Of a DNA stretch of 64,000 bases, positions 52,767-64,000 are shown piece by piece. Positions within the stretch are counted from its first letter, which is position 1, and each line of letters begins with the position of its first letter. The DNA is from Podospora anserina. Its lineage: Eukaryota. A program made the translations under genes and the position numbers. The notes under the pieces were generated by a model that worked only from the letters and a program-made list of their open reading frames with translations, was not told the origin of the DNA and did not search any database. Where the stretch lies: assembly GCA_017654855.1 (NCBI GenBank), contig CM030332.1, forward strand, positions 5,084,001 to 5,148,000, in the 5' to 3' direction.

Positions 52767-54711
52767 CTACTGACGCTGCTGGTATTGTGGCGGCTGTCCC
52801 TGGTACATCTGCGCCTGTTGTTGCTGTTGTTGCTGCTGCTGCTGATACATCGCCCGCCGTTGCTGCTCCAACTGCTGCGTCTCGTACATTTCCTGCTGCT
52901 CCGCCACGGTTCTCTTCGGCTCTGCCACCAGCTCATGAGAATTCGTCTGGTTTGGGAGCTCATATAGAGGCTGAGCATACAGCTCTGTCGGACGGGTCTC
53001 CGAGTCAAGCTGCTGGATTGGCATTGCGGCGTATGTTGACTGGGGAGAACTATATGGCTGTGATGCTGGTGGGGAGTTTGATGTGATAGGAGCATACTTC
53101 TGATCCCAGGCGTAACCATCATACTGCGCCATTTGGTAGTTGTGATACTGAGGAGCAATGTTGTTGTAGTGAACCATCGATGGGTTTTGGGGGTGAGGGA
53201 CACCGTATGATGGCGCAGGGGTGGTGGGAGCAATCGTTGAGCCGTCGTCCGTGTGCTGTTGGGGCGGGTGTTCGAATCCCTCGTGCTTCTTACGCTTCAG
53301 CAACACGATAACTGCAATGAGCACTCCAACAGCAATGACGCCAAGTGATACACCCACTCCGATCCCAGCTTTAGCACCGGTGGAGAGACCCTCGTTTGGC
53401 ACATCCGATTGTTCAGAAACAGGGGATTCCGTGGTGGTAGGTCCAGCGGGAGTGGGGTCCGTGGTGGTTTGTTCGGCGGGGGGCTCAGGCACATTTGACC
53501 ATGCCTTCCAAGATTCGTTTTCGTACTTGACTTGGACGAGCTTTCCCTTCGCCATATAGTAGAGGTGCACCAGACTGGATGAAAAGTCGAAAGCAACACC
53601 GACGCTGGCGTTGGGCTCATCTGCCTCGGGCCAGAATGATTCGGTCTGGTTCTCTCGGATACTCCAGAAATAGTTTGTGTTTCCGATCTGATGGATCTTC
53701 TTATCGGTGCCAATGTACCAGATGAAACGTGTGTAGTTCCTGTCGATGCTGATCCCCATTCCCTTGGTGGCGGCATCATAAGCAGGCAAGGTGAAGTTGA
53801 CTGGTGCCGTTGCATTGATTGAAATTTCGGTCTTGTTCGTCTTGCTGGTGATCACATCGGTTTCATTTTCCAAGGCTTGGGGTAGCGTGGCTGTTACATT
53901 TGGTCAGCATCAAAACTCGACAGATGAAGGAAGGTAGATACATACACCTCCACCAAGTCCCAGCACTATTCCATCTTGTAACCCCAATATTGCTCAAGTC
54001 CCTGGTAGATACAACCGTGATGTTCTCCTTTCCAGAGTGGGCAGCCCCAAGAGCGGGTACAGTGTTGACATCTTTGCTGACCATGCCCTTGTACAACCAT
54101 TGGCCGTCGTCTCTCGTATAACCAAGTTGGGCAACCTGGCCATCCTTATTGTGATAAAACAGCCGATATCCTCCCTAGGTTTTGTTAGCGTGAACTGTTG
54201 AGTATCAACGGCCTAGGGAAACGAACCTCTTCACCCAGGAGCAAAGAAGCCAATCCGGTGTTTTGATGAACGCTAGGCGATGGCTTGCTGATGATCCAGT
54301 TCCCCTTGCTTTCAAAGAGCCCGGTAGTCATGTTGCAGTGGAACAGACCGTTGGCAATCTCATATCTTTCGGTCAGATAGTAGATCGAGGCACTGCAATC
54401 TTGCTGTTAGCATCAACCTCTTGCTAACAACGGCAGGCATTTACCTACGCTGTGAATTCGTTCGACCAGTACCCCGAGCCAGCCAGAGGCGTGTCGTTCT
54501 TGGGCTTGTATGTAAGGGAGAAGACACTCCCGTCGGTGTAAGAGTATTTTGGGTTGTCAAAGAGGTTGCATCTGCTGTATCGGATGAGTCCAGTTGTCTC
54601 GTTCTGGACAATCACTTGAGGCCCGACGCCGTTCCACCAAGCTGCTACGCGTGCCTGTGCCGGTGAGATGGCAGCCCCAAGTAGAAGCAGTGATGATAGC
54701 AATGACGCCAT
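52767..54711 (-). CDS. Type I membrane protein with fucose-lectin-like ectodomain (4 exons)
   Basis: Signal peptide; Trp-containing beta-propeller-like repeats (GYRLFYHNKDG, VHLYYMAKGKLVQV); Thr/Pro stalk; GLSTGAKAGIGVGVSLG TM followed by KRKK; Gln-rich tail. Confidence 0.75.
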
Positions 54712-56407
54712 CTCGAAGAAGAATATGAATAGTTAGAAAGGCCCGTTGCCGGCTCGCAATTTCCAATCTCGAACTTGGCTTTAATGCCCGCTCTTCCACT
54801 TGCCCAACGCCCAATGCTGGTGCTAGGAAGAGCAGTGCAAGAATGAGGAAAGGATATGGGAGATCTTGACACCTCCTAGTGCTGCTGTCAGACCCGACCT
54901 GATGATCGCCAATAGATGCTGAGAAAAACGAGAGACAATCAGTAGGCGCAACAACTAGGGCGAGAGGCAAAAAGAGAGAAAAATCAGCAAAGACGTGAGA
55001 TGATGGACCTGGTGAGGGTGGCCTAGGGAGATACGGGCCCTTCCCCTCCCGGTGTCCAGACCGGGGACCATACCGAGGCCTCACTCGACCAGAGCGGGTT
55101 GTGACCCTGGGTAGACCACATGGAGCTGGTATCTGTGACCTTTGTCATCATGACATTCCCTTGTCCTTGTTTTCCTTCCACCCGAAGATCTGCAAAGCAT
55201 ACCAAGAGCGCGTGAGCTTTTGGTGCTGACATTGGCGATGCTAGGTAGAGGAGCCAGTTTTGATATGCTCGTTTGGGCAACTTTGTCGTTCTTGGTCATC
55301 ACTGCCTGGTTCCGATTGGCTTGCTCCCCTGCAAGGCCAATTTTTAGGTCCACATCACTAATCTGCGGCACAGTTGCCCCTGCAGCAGCCGCAATGCAGG
55401 TCGTCTCTTATTGTAACGACGGCTGACTGTCGTTCTGCGGCGAGGTCCAATCTTGGATCCCTTCGGTGGGATCTCCGAGAGCAAGAAGTCTATTTCGACG
55501 AACATTATGGCTTGCGCAAGACAGCAGAAATGGTGCGAAGAAATCTTCCCCTCAGCACTCACCCCTCTCCGAATATTAAAGCCCAAAAGGCGCCGATAGA
55601 TAGTTTCATAAGACCCAAGGCAGCACGTATTCACAACCCCTCTAGTCCCAATTCAGGCCACTAACAGAGTTTAAAGCTCACGACCCCCGTCTGCCACGAG
55701 CTTGTTTCCCACTGAACCCCGCAGAGACTGAGATTGCCGTGGACGCTACGCAGTTGTATCGGCTACCTAGCCCAAAAGCGCACCCTCGTATCCTCTCACT
55801 CACAGTCAGCCTCACCTCACGTCTTCAAAACCGCAATGCTCAGGTACCAAGATCTTGAACCAAATCAGGCATCCAAGAGCAGAGCGTCAACACCTCAGTC
55901 TTTATGCCTTCCATCGTCTCGGATATCGAATTTCATTATCCCTACCAGACAACTCACCAGCATCATCGAGTATCGTTCCGATCAACACTCACAACCCATT
56001 CTCACCCGTCAGCTTACATACACTCAACGCTTCAACCCCCTTGCCAAAACCCATCGTATATCTTCGCCCTCTCATTGGTCCCCACCGTCCCCATCCCAAA
56101 GACTAAGATGTTCCACTAACATCTGTCGGGCACATATTCGCACAACTTCAGATAGCACCTTAACCTCCAGACCCCACAGCCCACTCGCCTCCAGTCCTCG
56201 CAGCAGCCTGAAAATCGGCCATCCTAGCAAGCAAGCAAACGGCCACCCCTGCCCACCCCTGCTGGAACTTGAAGGTTGAAATTAGCAATTGATTCATATC
56301 TCTCACTGGTGCTTACTGAGCACCTCACATAACACATTGATAGGCCTCAAAGGATAGTTAAGAGACATGTTGACTATCTTACAGCCCTTGACATTTTGTC
56401 GTAATGT

Positions 56408-57598
56408 CTATATTTTGTCCTCCTTACGCCTGTCCTCCTCCCCCAATTTGGCCAATACTGCCACCATAGAAGCTTGAGTTTCCTGTAAGATTCTCAGGGC
56501 CTTCAGATTTTGCCCGGCCACAGAGCGCCATTCCTCCAGCAGCTTGTAGTTCTCCTGGAGCCGGGTTTTGAGCTTGTTTAGGGCTTCGAAGTGTGGGTCA
56601 AACTCTTTCAGAAAAAGAGCGACGGAGTTGTCCGTTTCATCTCGAACATTTCTCCAAACCATGCCCCCAATCTTGTGGAAGAATTTCTCAAGATCGTCAA
56701 GGGCACTCTCAATGCCGTTGACGATTTCCCCCCTTGTCTGGCCCAACTCGCCAACATCGTTTGTCAGTTGCTCCGTAGAATTTCTTAACTCCTCACTGTG
56801 ACTTCTCAGCTCCTCTCTGGCATTTCGGGACTCGCCAGACAGGTTCTCAAGCTGTCCGGTCTCGAGCTTGGCAGCCTCGCCCATACAAGTGTCGAGCTTA
56901 GTCAAGAGGGTGCTTTCCAACTCGGAACACTCTCCGCGGAGCTTGTCAATCATGCTGCGGTACTTGTTCCATCTGCTTAGCAGCGCCTTGTAGATTTTGA
57001 AGGTCAGATCCCCAAAATCGAAACATGAAAACCCCATGGCGGTCAGTTTCTTCTGGACAGCTGGTAGACCCTCTCCATATGGATGACAGTACTGCGAGGC
57101 CAACAACTCGGCCCTGGTGAGCGGGCAAGACTTCTGGCGCTCCCCGGAATCGTATCTCTCCCTGATAATGCGTTGGAAGCGCTCGATGACTTTGTTGCTA
57201 GCCCAAGTCACGGTTGCACCGCCGGATGTGATTTTCGCGATCACTTCAACAACGTCCTTGAAGAGGGCTGGGTAGTCTCCCAACTGATAACGCGCGCGCC
57301 TGACAGCAAGGCCGACGTCAACGGTTGCGTTCTTGTCAAGATCATCGTCATTTAGGATTCCTTGTGGCATGGGGCTCTCTGTGCCGGGAAAGTCGTCGGG
57401 GTTGATGGTCGGAATGTCAGGATTGCCATCAGATTCAGTATTTCGGTTTGCCTCGTCTCTGTCATTTTGGTCTGGTGTGGTCGAGGTCGAGGTGCCTGGG
57501 CGGCTGGCTTCCATGGGAAGAGGGCCTCCGGAAGGAACAAGGCCGGCTTCCTTGCTGTCGCCGCTCTTTCGGACGAGGTCGGGTTGAACGGGACGCAT
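56408..57598 (-). CDS. Hypothetical coiled-coil protein
   Basis: ~396-aa ORF from the ATG at 57598 with heptad-rich C-terminal half; start codon uncertain. Confidence 0.6.
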   Translation of the reverse strand: MRPVQPDLVRKSGDSKEAGLVPSGGPLPMEASRPGTSTSTTPDQNDRDEANRNTESDGNPDIPTINPDDFPGTESPMPQGILNDDDLDKNATVDVGLAVRRARYQLGDYPALFKDVVEVIAKITSGGATVTWASNKVIERFQRIIRERYDSGERQKSCPLTRAELLASQYCHPYGEGLPAVQKKLTAMGFSCFDFGDLTFKIYKALLSRWNKYRSMIDKLRGECSELESTLLTKLDTCMGEAAKLETGQLENLSGESRNAREELRSHSEELRNSTEQLTNDVGELGQTRGEIVNGIESALDDLEKFFHKIGGMVWRNVRDETDNSVALFLKEFDPHFEALNKLKTRLQENYKLLEEWRSVAGQNLKALRILQETQASMVAVLAKLGEEDRRKEDKI

Positions 57599-58252
57599 CT
57601 TGAATGCGAAAAGGTGGTGCCTGTCCACGTTAGTTCTGGAACACCAAATATTCCTCTTTAAACATGCTGTTAGCTTACCAAATTTGTGTGTGAAAACAGG
57701 TCTTCAGCGCCGCTGTAGCGGCCTCGGTGGTGGAATTTTGTCAAAAATAGGAAGGCCATCTAGAAAGTCGCTCTCAGAAATATTTTGGCATTCAGGCGAC
57801 TTTTGAGTACCAGGCTCCATTAATTACGTAGTTGAGGTAGCTGCCCTGGCAAGATATGGCAAGACACTCCTTCGTTCTTGCTCTTATTGCGAGGAGTTGC
57901 GTCTGCAATGTCACTCATCTTATCGATGACCACACAGCCGAGGTGTGTTAACAGTATCTATATATAACTGATTTGGTAAAAACTAATGTCTGATAACTAA
58001 CGTTCTCCATCATGACGACTTGAAAGATCTTTTCTCTTTGTTACAATCAATAAGAGTTCCGGGCTTCAGCATCTGGGTGTCCATGCGCTAGCATCGTTCA
58101 CAAACACGGTTGTTCAATGCTCAAGCATACTTGCAATTTTCTTGGGGGTTCTAATTCCCCAGACAACTAAATGAGCATTCTGTCTTTCGATATCTTGCTG
58201 AGAGAACCTCGAAAATCACGGCACCAACCTCTCCCACTATGGACGCCTTAGT

Positions 58253-59840
58253 CTACTCCCCATCCTCCACCGTGACCTTCAGATCCTTGACCTTGAGAAC
58301 CACATTCTCCTCATCCTCCTTCTCAGCAGCAGCAACTCTGCTGTCCTGAGATGAGCCGGGTGAACTCTCCTTGCTAACAGCGACCTCCTTCTTAGGAGTG
58401 CTATCATGGCCAGATTTGCCATCCTCCAATGCATGCAACTCGTCCTTTTTAATCTCGGCCTCGGTCTCCTCCATATCCTTCTCGGTCCCCTTCATGTGCT
58501 TCTCGGTCTCCTCCACATCCTTCTCGCCCCAAGCCTGCAGAACTTCCTCCGGAATGACTCCATCATCATCTCCATAGATCTGTACATCCTCATTCCTGTA
58601 CGCCTCCCCAAGTAAAGCAACATTCTCCAGCCAGTTGAGAACGCTATGATGTGTCTCAATAAGCATCAGCTCAGTCATATTCGCCTCGCCAGCGCTGAAA
58701 GCAGGGCAACCAAAGGAGGTAAACCCAAGAGCACCGGGGTTGCCAAAAGACCCGGCAATAGGGTTGTCAAGGGGTGTGTGGTGGATGGCATAGGCGCGAG
58801 CTCTCTGTAACACCAGCATTGTCAGCATTCCTATCCTCCTCTCAGTACAAAAACCTCTTACCTCTTGCATAAACTGTTTGAACCCCTCACACTTGAACTC
58901 ATCCGAGTGATAAAACCCTCCCAACACTACCATCGCCCCCATCATCGTCCCAAACTTCTTCCAGACCTCATCATCGTTTAGATATTTCTCCACCTCCTCT
59001 GCCGAATTGCCCACAGCAATAATATCCAACTTGGCGTCCTTCCCAACCAACTTGTCTACCACCTCCTCAAAAACACACTTGACGTGCTCCGCAGTGGTAA
59101 TATTCTTGGGGATCCCATTTCTGGCCTTGTCGTAGGCGCGACCAAGGTGAACCGCGCTGGTCATGGGAATGTAATGGCGGTCCACAGGCGTCAACCCCCT
59201 CTTGCCCTCAGGCCACCACCACAACTCACTAGGGTTGGCAATGATGATTCCCGGGGGCGTAGGGTCAGTCGAGGAAGAGGGTTGCTTCTTCAAGGCCTGG
59301 ACAAGGTTGAGGATCGAGCCCTTGGTGATGCCACCTTTGCCACCCAGGACACGGTGGGCGAGGACACCGAACTGCTGGTTGTCCTCCCCAACAATGAGAA
59401 CAACTCGAGAGCGCTCGGGAAGGTCGGGACTGATGCGAATAGGGACATAAGGGTCAATGGGCTTGGTTCCCACGGGCAGACGGAGGGAAGCGAGTGACTC
59501 GGCATCGAGGCGAGAGTGAATCACATTGCCGATGGCTTCTGCAATGGATGTTAGTCATGTGAGCTCAGAAACGGGAGAAGGAGGCGTCTGACCATTGTAG
59601 GCAAAACGGCGGCGGTCGTTGTAGCGCTCGTTCTTGGTGAGGAAATAGTGGAAGTAGTAGTCGGCATTTTCGAGAGAGCGGATCTCATCATCTTCGTTGA
59701 TGAAGTAGCTATATATGGTCATTAGTTTGGTTGAGCGATCCAAAAGATCAAGTCCAGGGGATTGTCACGAACCCGAGCTCAGAGATGTTCGCTGGAAAAA
59801 TGGGATCGGCCGGGAGGCCAGACCAGCGGCGACGGAACAT
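58253..59840 (-). CDS. Arb2-domain protein (Argonaute-binding protein 2 / FAM172-like)
   Basis: MFRRRWSGLPADPIFPANISELG|YFINEDDEIRSLENADYYFHYF...NERYN...|...PGIIIANPSELWW...HVKCVFEEV; 3 canonical introns. Confidence 0.72.
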
Positions 59841-61125
59841 CGTTGTTCGAAGTGAGTGAGAAAGAAAGGCTGCGACTTAGTACCGGAGAGGAAGTCGAAG
59901 AAAAGATGTCAAAGTGGTATTCTCTCTGATACAGCGAGAAAATGGCTCGATTTTTGGATCAAAGTTGGAGCCGACTACTGAGAGAGAGGCAGAGATAATT
60001 TTTCCAGCTTGATGGCGTTGAAGATGAGGGTTATAGACCGCATCTAACTTGGGAAGGAACAGCTGGGTGAACAACTTCAGATGACGAAGATAACAACAGC
60101 ATGACCAGAACCATCTGGAGCCTGGCAGAAGATAGTATCATGAGAGCAATCTCCAGCTGATGCCATGGTTGCGAGTCACAGTAGTTGCCTGAGCAAACCA
60201 CCCCCAGCTCACCAGTGAAGCAAACAAAAATGGCGGCACGATGCCTTCTTCTGCGCCTTCCCGACGAATAATGCCGAAAACAACACCAACTTAATGAGAA
60301 TGGGAGTGACCTGATGGCAATTATGACTATTTTCCATGTGACGGGCGTTCAAAGTACAGCAGCAATTGACTGACATCAACTCCAAATATTCATTTAGTCG
60401 TTCAACATCATAGCATGACAAACCTAACGCAAACGCAGCACCGCCCGACTTTGCAACCGCTAGTTAGTGTATTTGCTGTCTAAAACATGGCAATGCTGAC
60501 TGAACCAGGCAATTGATGACAAGATTGATGTGAAAGGATCTCTTCCTCACATCTCAAGCAGAGCTCAAGAGTGCAATGAAAAGAGGGTTCGCATCGCCTG
60601 GAGGCAGTGTAATACCAGGGACACTGTGGCCGACGATCATGGGCAAGCCCAGAGGAAAGTCAGCCGAGAGACAAAAATTAGGATAATCACGATTCTACTC
60701 CGTAGAGTAGTTTCAGAGATTAAACTGAAAAGAACAGATACTACACTTGATCTAAGCCAAAAGGCAAAGAGAGCTAAAGAAGAAAAAAAGAAACTCAGTA
60801 AAATGGCGGTGGTGGACGAGAATATATACTGGTCCCAGGACTGGACCGTGCACGCCTGCAAATCTGCTGTGGAGTATGAAAAGGCCGTGCACGATTGCAA
60901 ATTCTGAGTGGGGCGGGTGAATTGTCCGTGCGCTCTGGATTTTGGGTGGGCTTTGGAAATTCACTCGTCACCGCCCGGCAGAACTCGGGACGACCGCCGG
61001 CATCATCCACAGCTCCAGCTCAGAAGAGTGCGGGAGTTGGGCCTCAATTAAGCAGCCAGCGAACCCTCTAGACCGACCCATTCGACAGGCCGCCGGGCTC
61101 TTATTTCTCTATATCAACCGCAAAG

Positions 61126-61578
61126 ATGTCCATGTTCAGGGCCAAAAAGTTTGATCTTGGGTGCTTCACCAACATCAAAATCATCCGGGATCACTCCAAG
61201 CGCAAGGCTTTTGAGGCCGCGGAGCCCGAGAGGTACATGGTTCTCTTGGTATGATCACGAGGGGCAGATATCCTGACATGAAATGCAGACAAGCTCTCCG
61301 GTACATCATCCGGAACACCACCCTTCCTATGAGGACACGCGCCATGGCCCAGCTCCAGCTCACTCAGATGCACTGCTACACCCGGCCAACACAAATCAGG
61401 AACCGCTGCGTCTTGGGCGGTAAGGGGAGAGGTGTACTGAGAGCATTCAAGATGTCAAGAGTATGTCACTGGGTTTTGGGGATGAGCTTGAGTCATTGCT
61501 AACCCATATTTACAGTACAACTTCCGTATGGAAGCATTGGCAGGTAATTTGCCAGGTGTGAAAAAGGCTTCTTGGTAA
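61126..61578 (+). CDS. MRP2: Mitochondrial ribosomal protein uS14m
   Basis: IRDHSKRKAF...ER|QALRYIIRNTTLP...RPTQIRNRCVLGGKGRGVLRAFKMSR|YNFRMEALAGNLPGVKKASW*. Confidence 0.94.
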
Positions 61579-61947
61579 AAGAATGGTATTTTGGCGTTCT
61601 GAGGTGCATGAATAGAATTGATGGTCTGGCAACATGCCCGGTGTTGCCATAATGTTGGAAGATAGATATGGGCAACTTAGTGTGCAGAAAAGGTTCATTT
61701 GGCCCCAACAAATCTAGCAGAGAAAGGTTTCAGGTCATTCAGGCTGGACCTCTTCTTCTGCTGTGTATATTTGATGTTACAATATTAAACTCGATTTTAA
61801 ACGAACCCCCTCCTCTAACGCCGGATTCCATGCAGCCCAACCAATCCAATCTAAAAACGTACCGCTACAGCAACGTATGGAGTGTGAAACGCCATTCTAC
61901 TCATGTTGAAGAAATTTATGTGGAAGCCAAACTGTTAAGATACCGAC

Positions 61948-63286
61948 TCAAAGAGCCTTGGTTTCTTCAGCGGCCACGACTTGGTCGAGACTCGCCGAGG
62001 CTGCAGCTCTTTCGCCGGCGCGCTTCCTGAGAACGTTCTCAATGAAGGCCTCCCCAGCCTTGTAAGATGACCTGACAAGAGGGCCGCTGGCGCAGTACAG
62101 GAAGCCCATATCCAGAGCACGCTGCTTCCAGAGGTCAAACTCGTCAGGGGTGACGTACTTTTCGACCTTGAGATGCCTCTTGGTAGGGCGCATATACTGC
62201 CCAAAGGTGACGACATCGACGTCGATCTTTCTCAGCTCTGTGTTCCATGTCAGCGTTTGCCCAGGCTGTTCAAGGAGATCCAGAATGATGCTTACCTCTC
62301 AGCGTATCCCAAATCTCCTGCTCCTGCTCACCAAGACCAAGCATGATACTCGTCTTGGTGATGATGCCCTCCTTGCCCCTGACAGCCTTCACATGTTCCA
62401 ACACCTTCAAACTCTGTCTGAAAGTAGCCCTCCGGTCGCGAACATACGGTGTCAACCCCTCCACCGTCTCAACGTTGTGAGCATACACATCCAATCCACT
62501 CTCCGCCACAATCTTGACCATGTCCAGGTCCCCCATGAAATCACCAGTCAACGCCTCCACCAACAGCGTCGGCTTCTTCTGCTTAATCCTCCTAATCGTC
62601 TCCGCAAAGTGCCTCGCACCACCGTCCGCCAAATCATCACGATCCACACTTGTCAAAACCACATATCCCAACCCCCACCTCGCCAGTGCCTCGGCCGTAT
62701 TCTCCGGTTCATGCGGGTCAAGCGGCGGAGGCTTCCTGTTGGTCTTGACACTGCAGAACCTGCACCCTCTGGTGCAAGTATCACCCATAAGCATGATCGT
62801 CGCCGTCGCAGCAGACTTGTCGTTTCCACCCCAGCACTCGCCGATATTCGGGCATCGCGCCTCCTCGCACACAGTGTGCAGGTTCAAACCCCTGAGGTCG
62901 GCCTTGATCTTGCCAAAGTTGGGGTTGGCACCTGAGGAAGGGATTGGGGTCTTGAGCCATTCTGGCAGACGGGTGATGGTGCGCTTGCGGCCGGCGGGGC
63001 CTACCTCTGCGGTCTTGATCTCGTAGGCTTCGCTGAGGGAGAGGGGGGCAGACTGGGAGCCCACGAACTCGGAAAAGGAGGCGACGGTGGTGTCTTTGAA
63101 GTATGACGGTCGCGGGGCCTTCTTCGCGGGGGTTGTTGAGGCTGCTGGGCTTGGCGATGACTGTGTCAGCCCCGGGTCGGACGGTGAAGGGATAGTGGCG
63201 TAAGTTCGGGATGAAAGGACAGCGGCTCGGGCCAAGGACCGTCGCAATGGGGCCTGGAGCCTTTGAAGGGGTGCTGGTGAGGCCAT
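61948..63286 (-). CDS. LIP5: Mitochondrial lipoyl synthase (radical SAM)
   Basis: [13 protein letters not shown] auxiliary cluster motif, CTRGCRFC radical-SAM motif, [22 protein letters not shown]; one intron. Confidence 0.97.
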
Positions 63287-64000
63287 TTTGCGAGATCGAC
63301 TGGCTATGTTTGGCGGGAGTGGGGGAATGGTCGTGGCGGAAGAGAGGAGGTTGTTTTGTTGGGTGACCAATATCCAGCAGGACAGTGGCGGATACGGAGT
63401 TGATAAGGCTGACTGAACAAAAAACCAAATCGGCGCCGGCTCTTGCATGCAGGGCATTCGCCCATCCGCCTCTTGGCGCCATCGGAATGGGTTATGTAAT
63501 CCCGTAGGTACCCGTTGGCTACTCCGGGCTTCGGCCAACCAATAACAACTTCATCCCGACAGATCAAATAAAATTTCGCATTTCTATATGTATGGCACCG
63601 GATTCTGAGATATATGCTTTTGATGATTTAGCTGGACCAGTTTGGGAATCGGTGCTCGTGGCCTTCATTTGAACCTGGCCACTCAAAGAACCTTCGCACT
63701 GAAATACAGCACATTCACCTGATAAGTCAATGCCAGCCCCGGGCCACCATCGAAACAGCTTTGGGAATCCCGAACAACTCGTTGGCACTGATGGGCTTTG
63801 ACAAGCGCATGTGTGGAGAAATCCGAGAAGCATGTGTGCTTCTGGAAGAATGCGGGGGTAATGTCCATTGGTAGTTTCGCAACCGCCGTGGCACATATTG
63901 GACGGCGATGAAACCGTTCCTGAAACAGAAAATACTGGCTGAGCTCTTTCTGCGCAGCTCATGAGATTCTACTTGGGATTATCAGCGGCTGAAGGCTGGG

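Noticed and set aside
55374-55664. 96-aa ORF containing WDLREQEVYFDEHYGLRK
   Set aside because: Short, non-ATG start in the track, no recognisable family or clear splice structure
60530-60907. A-rich ORF, possible RIP-degraded transposon remnant
   Set aside because: No transposase or RT motifs, no terminal repeats, and only mild AT skew
1-64000. Premature stop codons needing A-to-I editing, or TGA-CTA readthrough to a cryptic PTS1
   Set aside because: The reconstructed genes I checked splice into uninterrupted frames, and the stop contexts inspected lack the readthrough motif

Overview
Eukaryotic DNA from a gene-dense, intron-containing genome of a filamentous ascomycete. The GT..CTAAC/CTGAC..YAG introns and gene content suggest Sordariales, Podospora/Neurospora-like (inference). 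About 27 protein-coding genes are supported: GH35 beta-galactosidase, amidohydrolase, small hydrophilic protein, FMP46, RRM-like protein, SEL1-repeat chitin synthase activator, CBP4, NAC-beta (EGD1), TAD1, RPL24, Ahp1-type peroxiredoxin, RGS-domain membrane protein, pantothenate kinase, MPC2, complex I NDUFA2 subunit, alpha/beta hydrolase, RRP43, Rab escort protein, REC8, lectin-like membrane protein, Arb2-domain protein, MRP2, LIP5 and several hypotheticals. No transposon, tRNA, rRNA or CRISPR was recognised. The most notable signals are in RNA processing: (1) EGD1 appears to need a single-nucleotide exon (G at 25911) between two canonical introns to keep its frame; (2) an intronic double-guide box C/D snoRNA in the Rab escort gene, with one snR62/U34-like guide and one guide to an 18S site I do not recall being methylated in yeast; (3) a 6-nt microexon next to the catalytic nucleophile of the beta-galactosidase; (4) a long nested hairpin in RPL24 intron 1. 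All gene calls come from motif recognition by eye, with no database searches.
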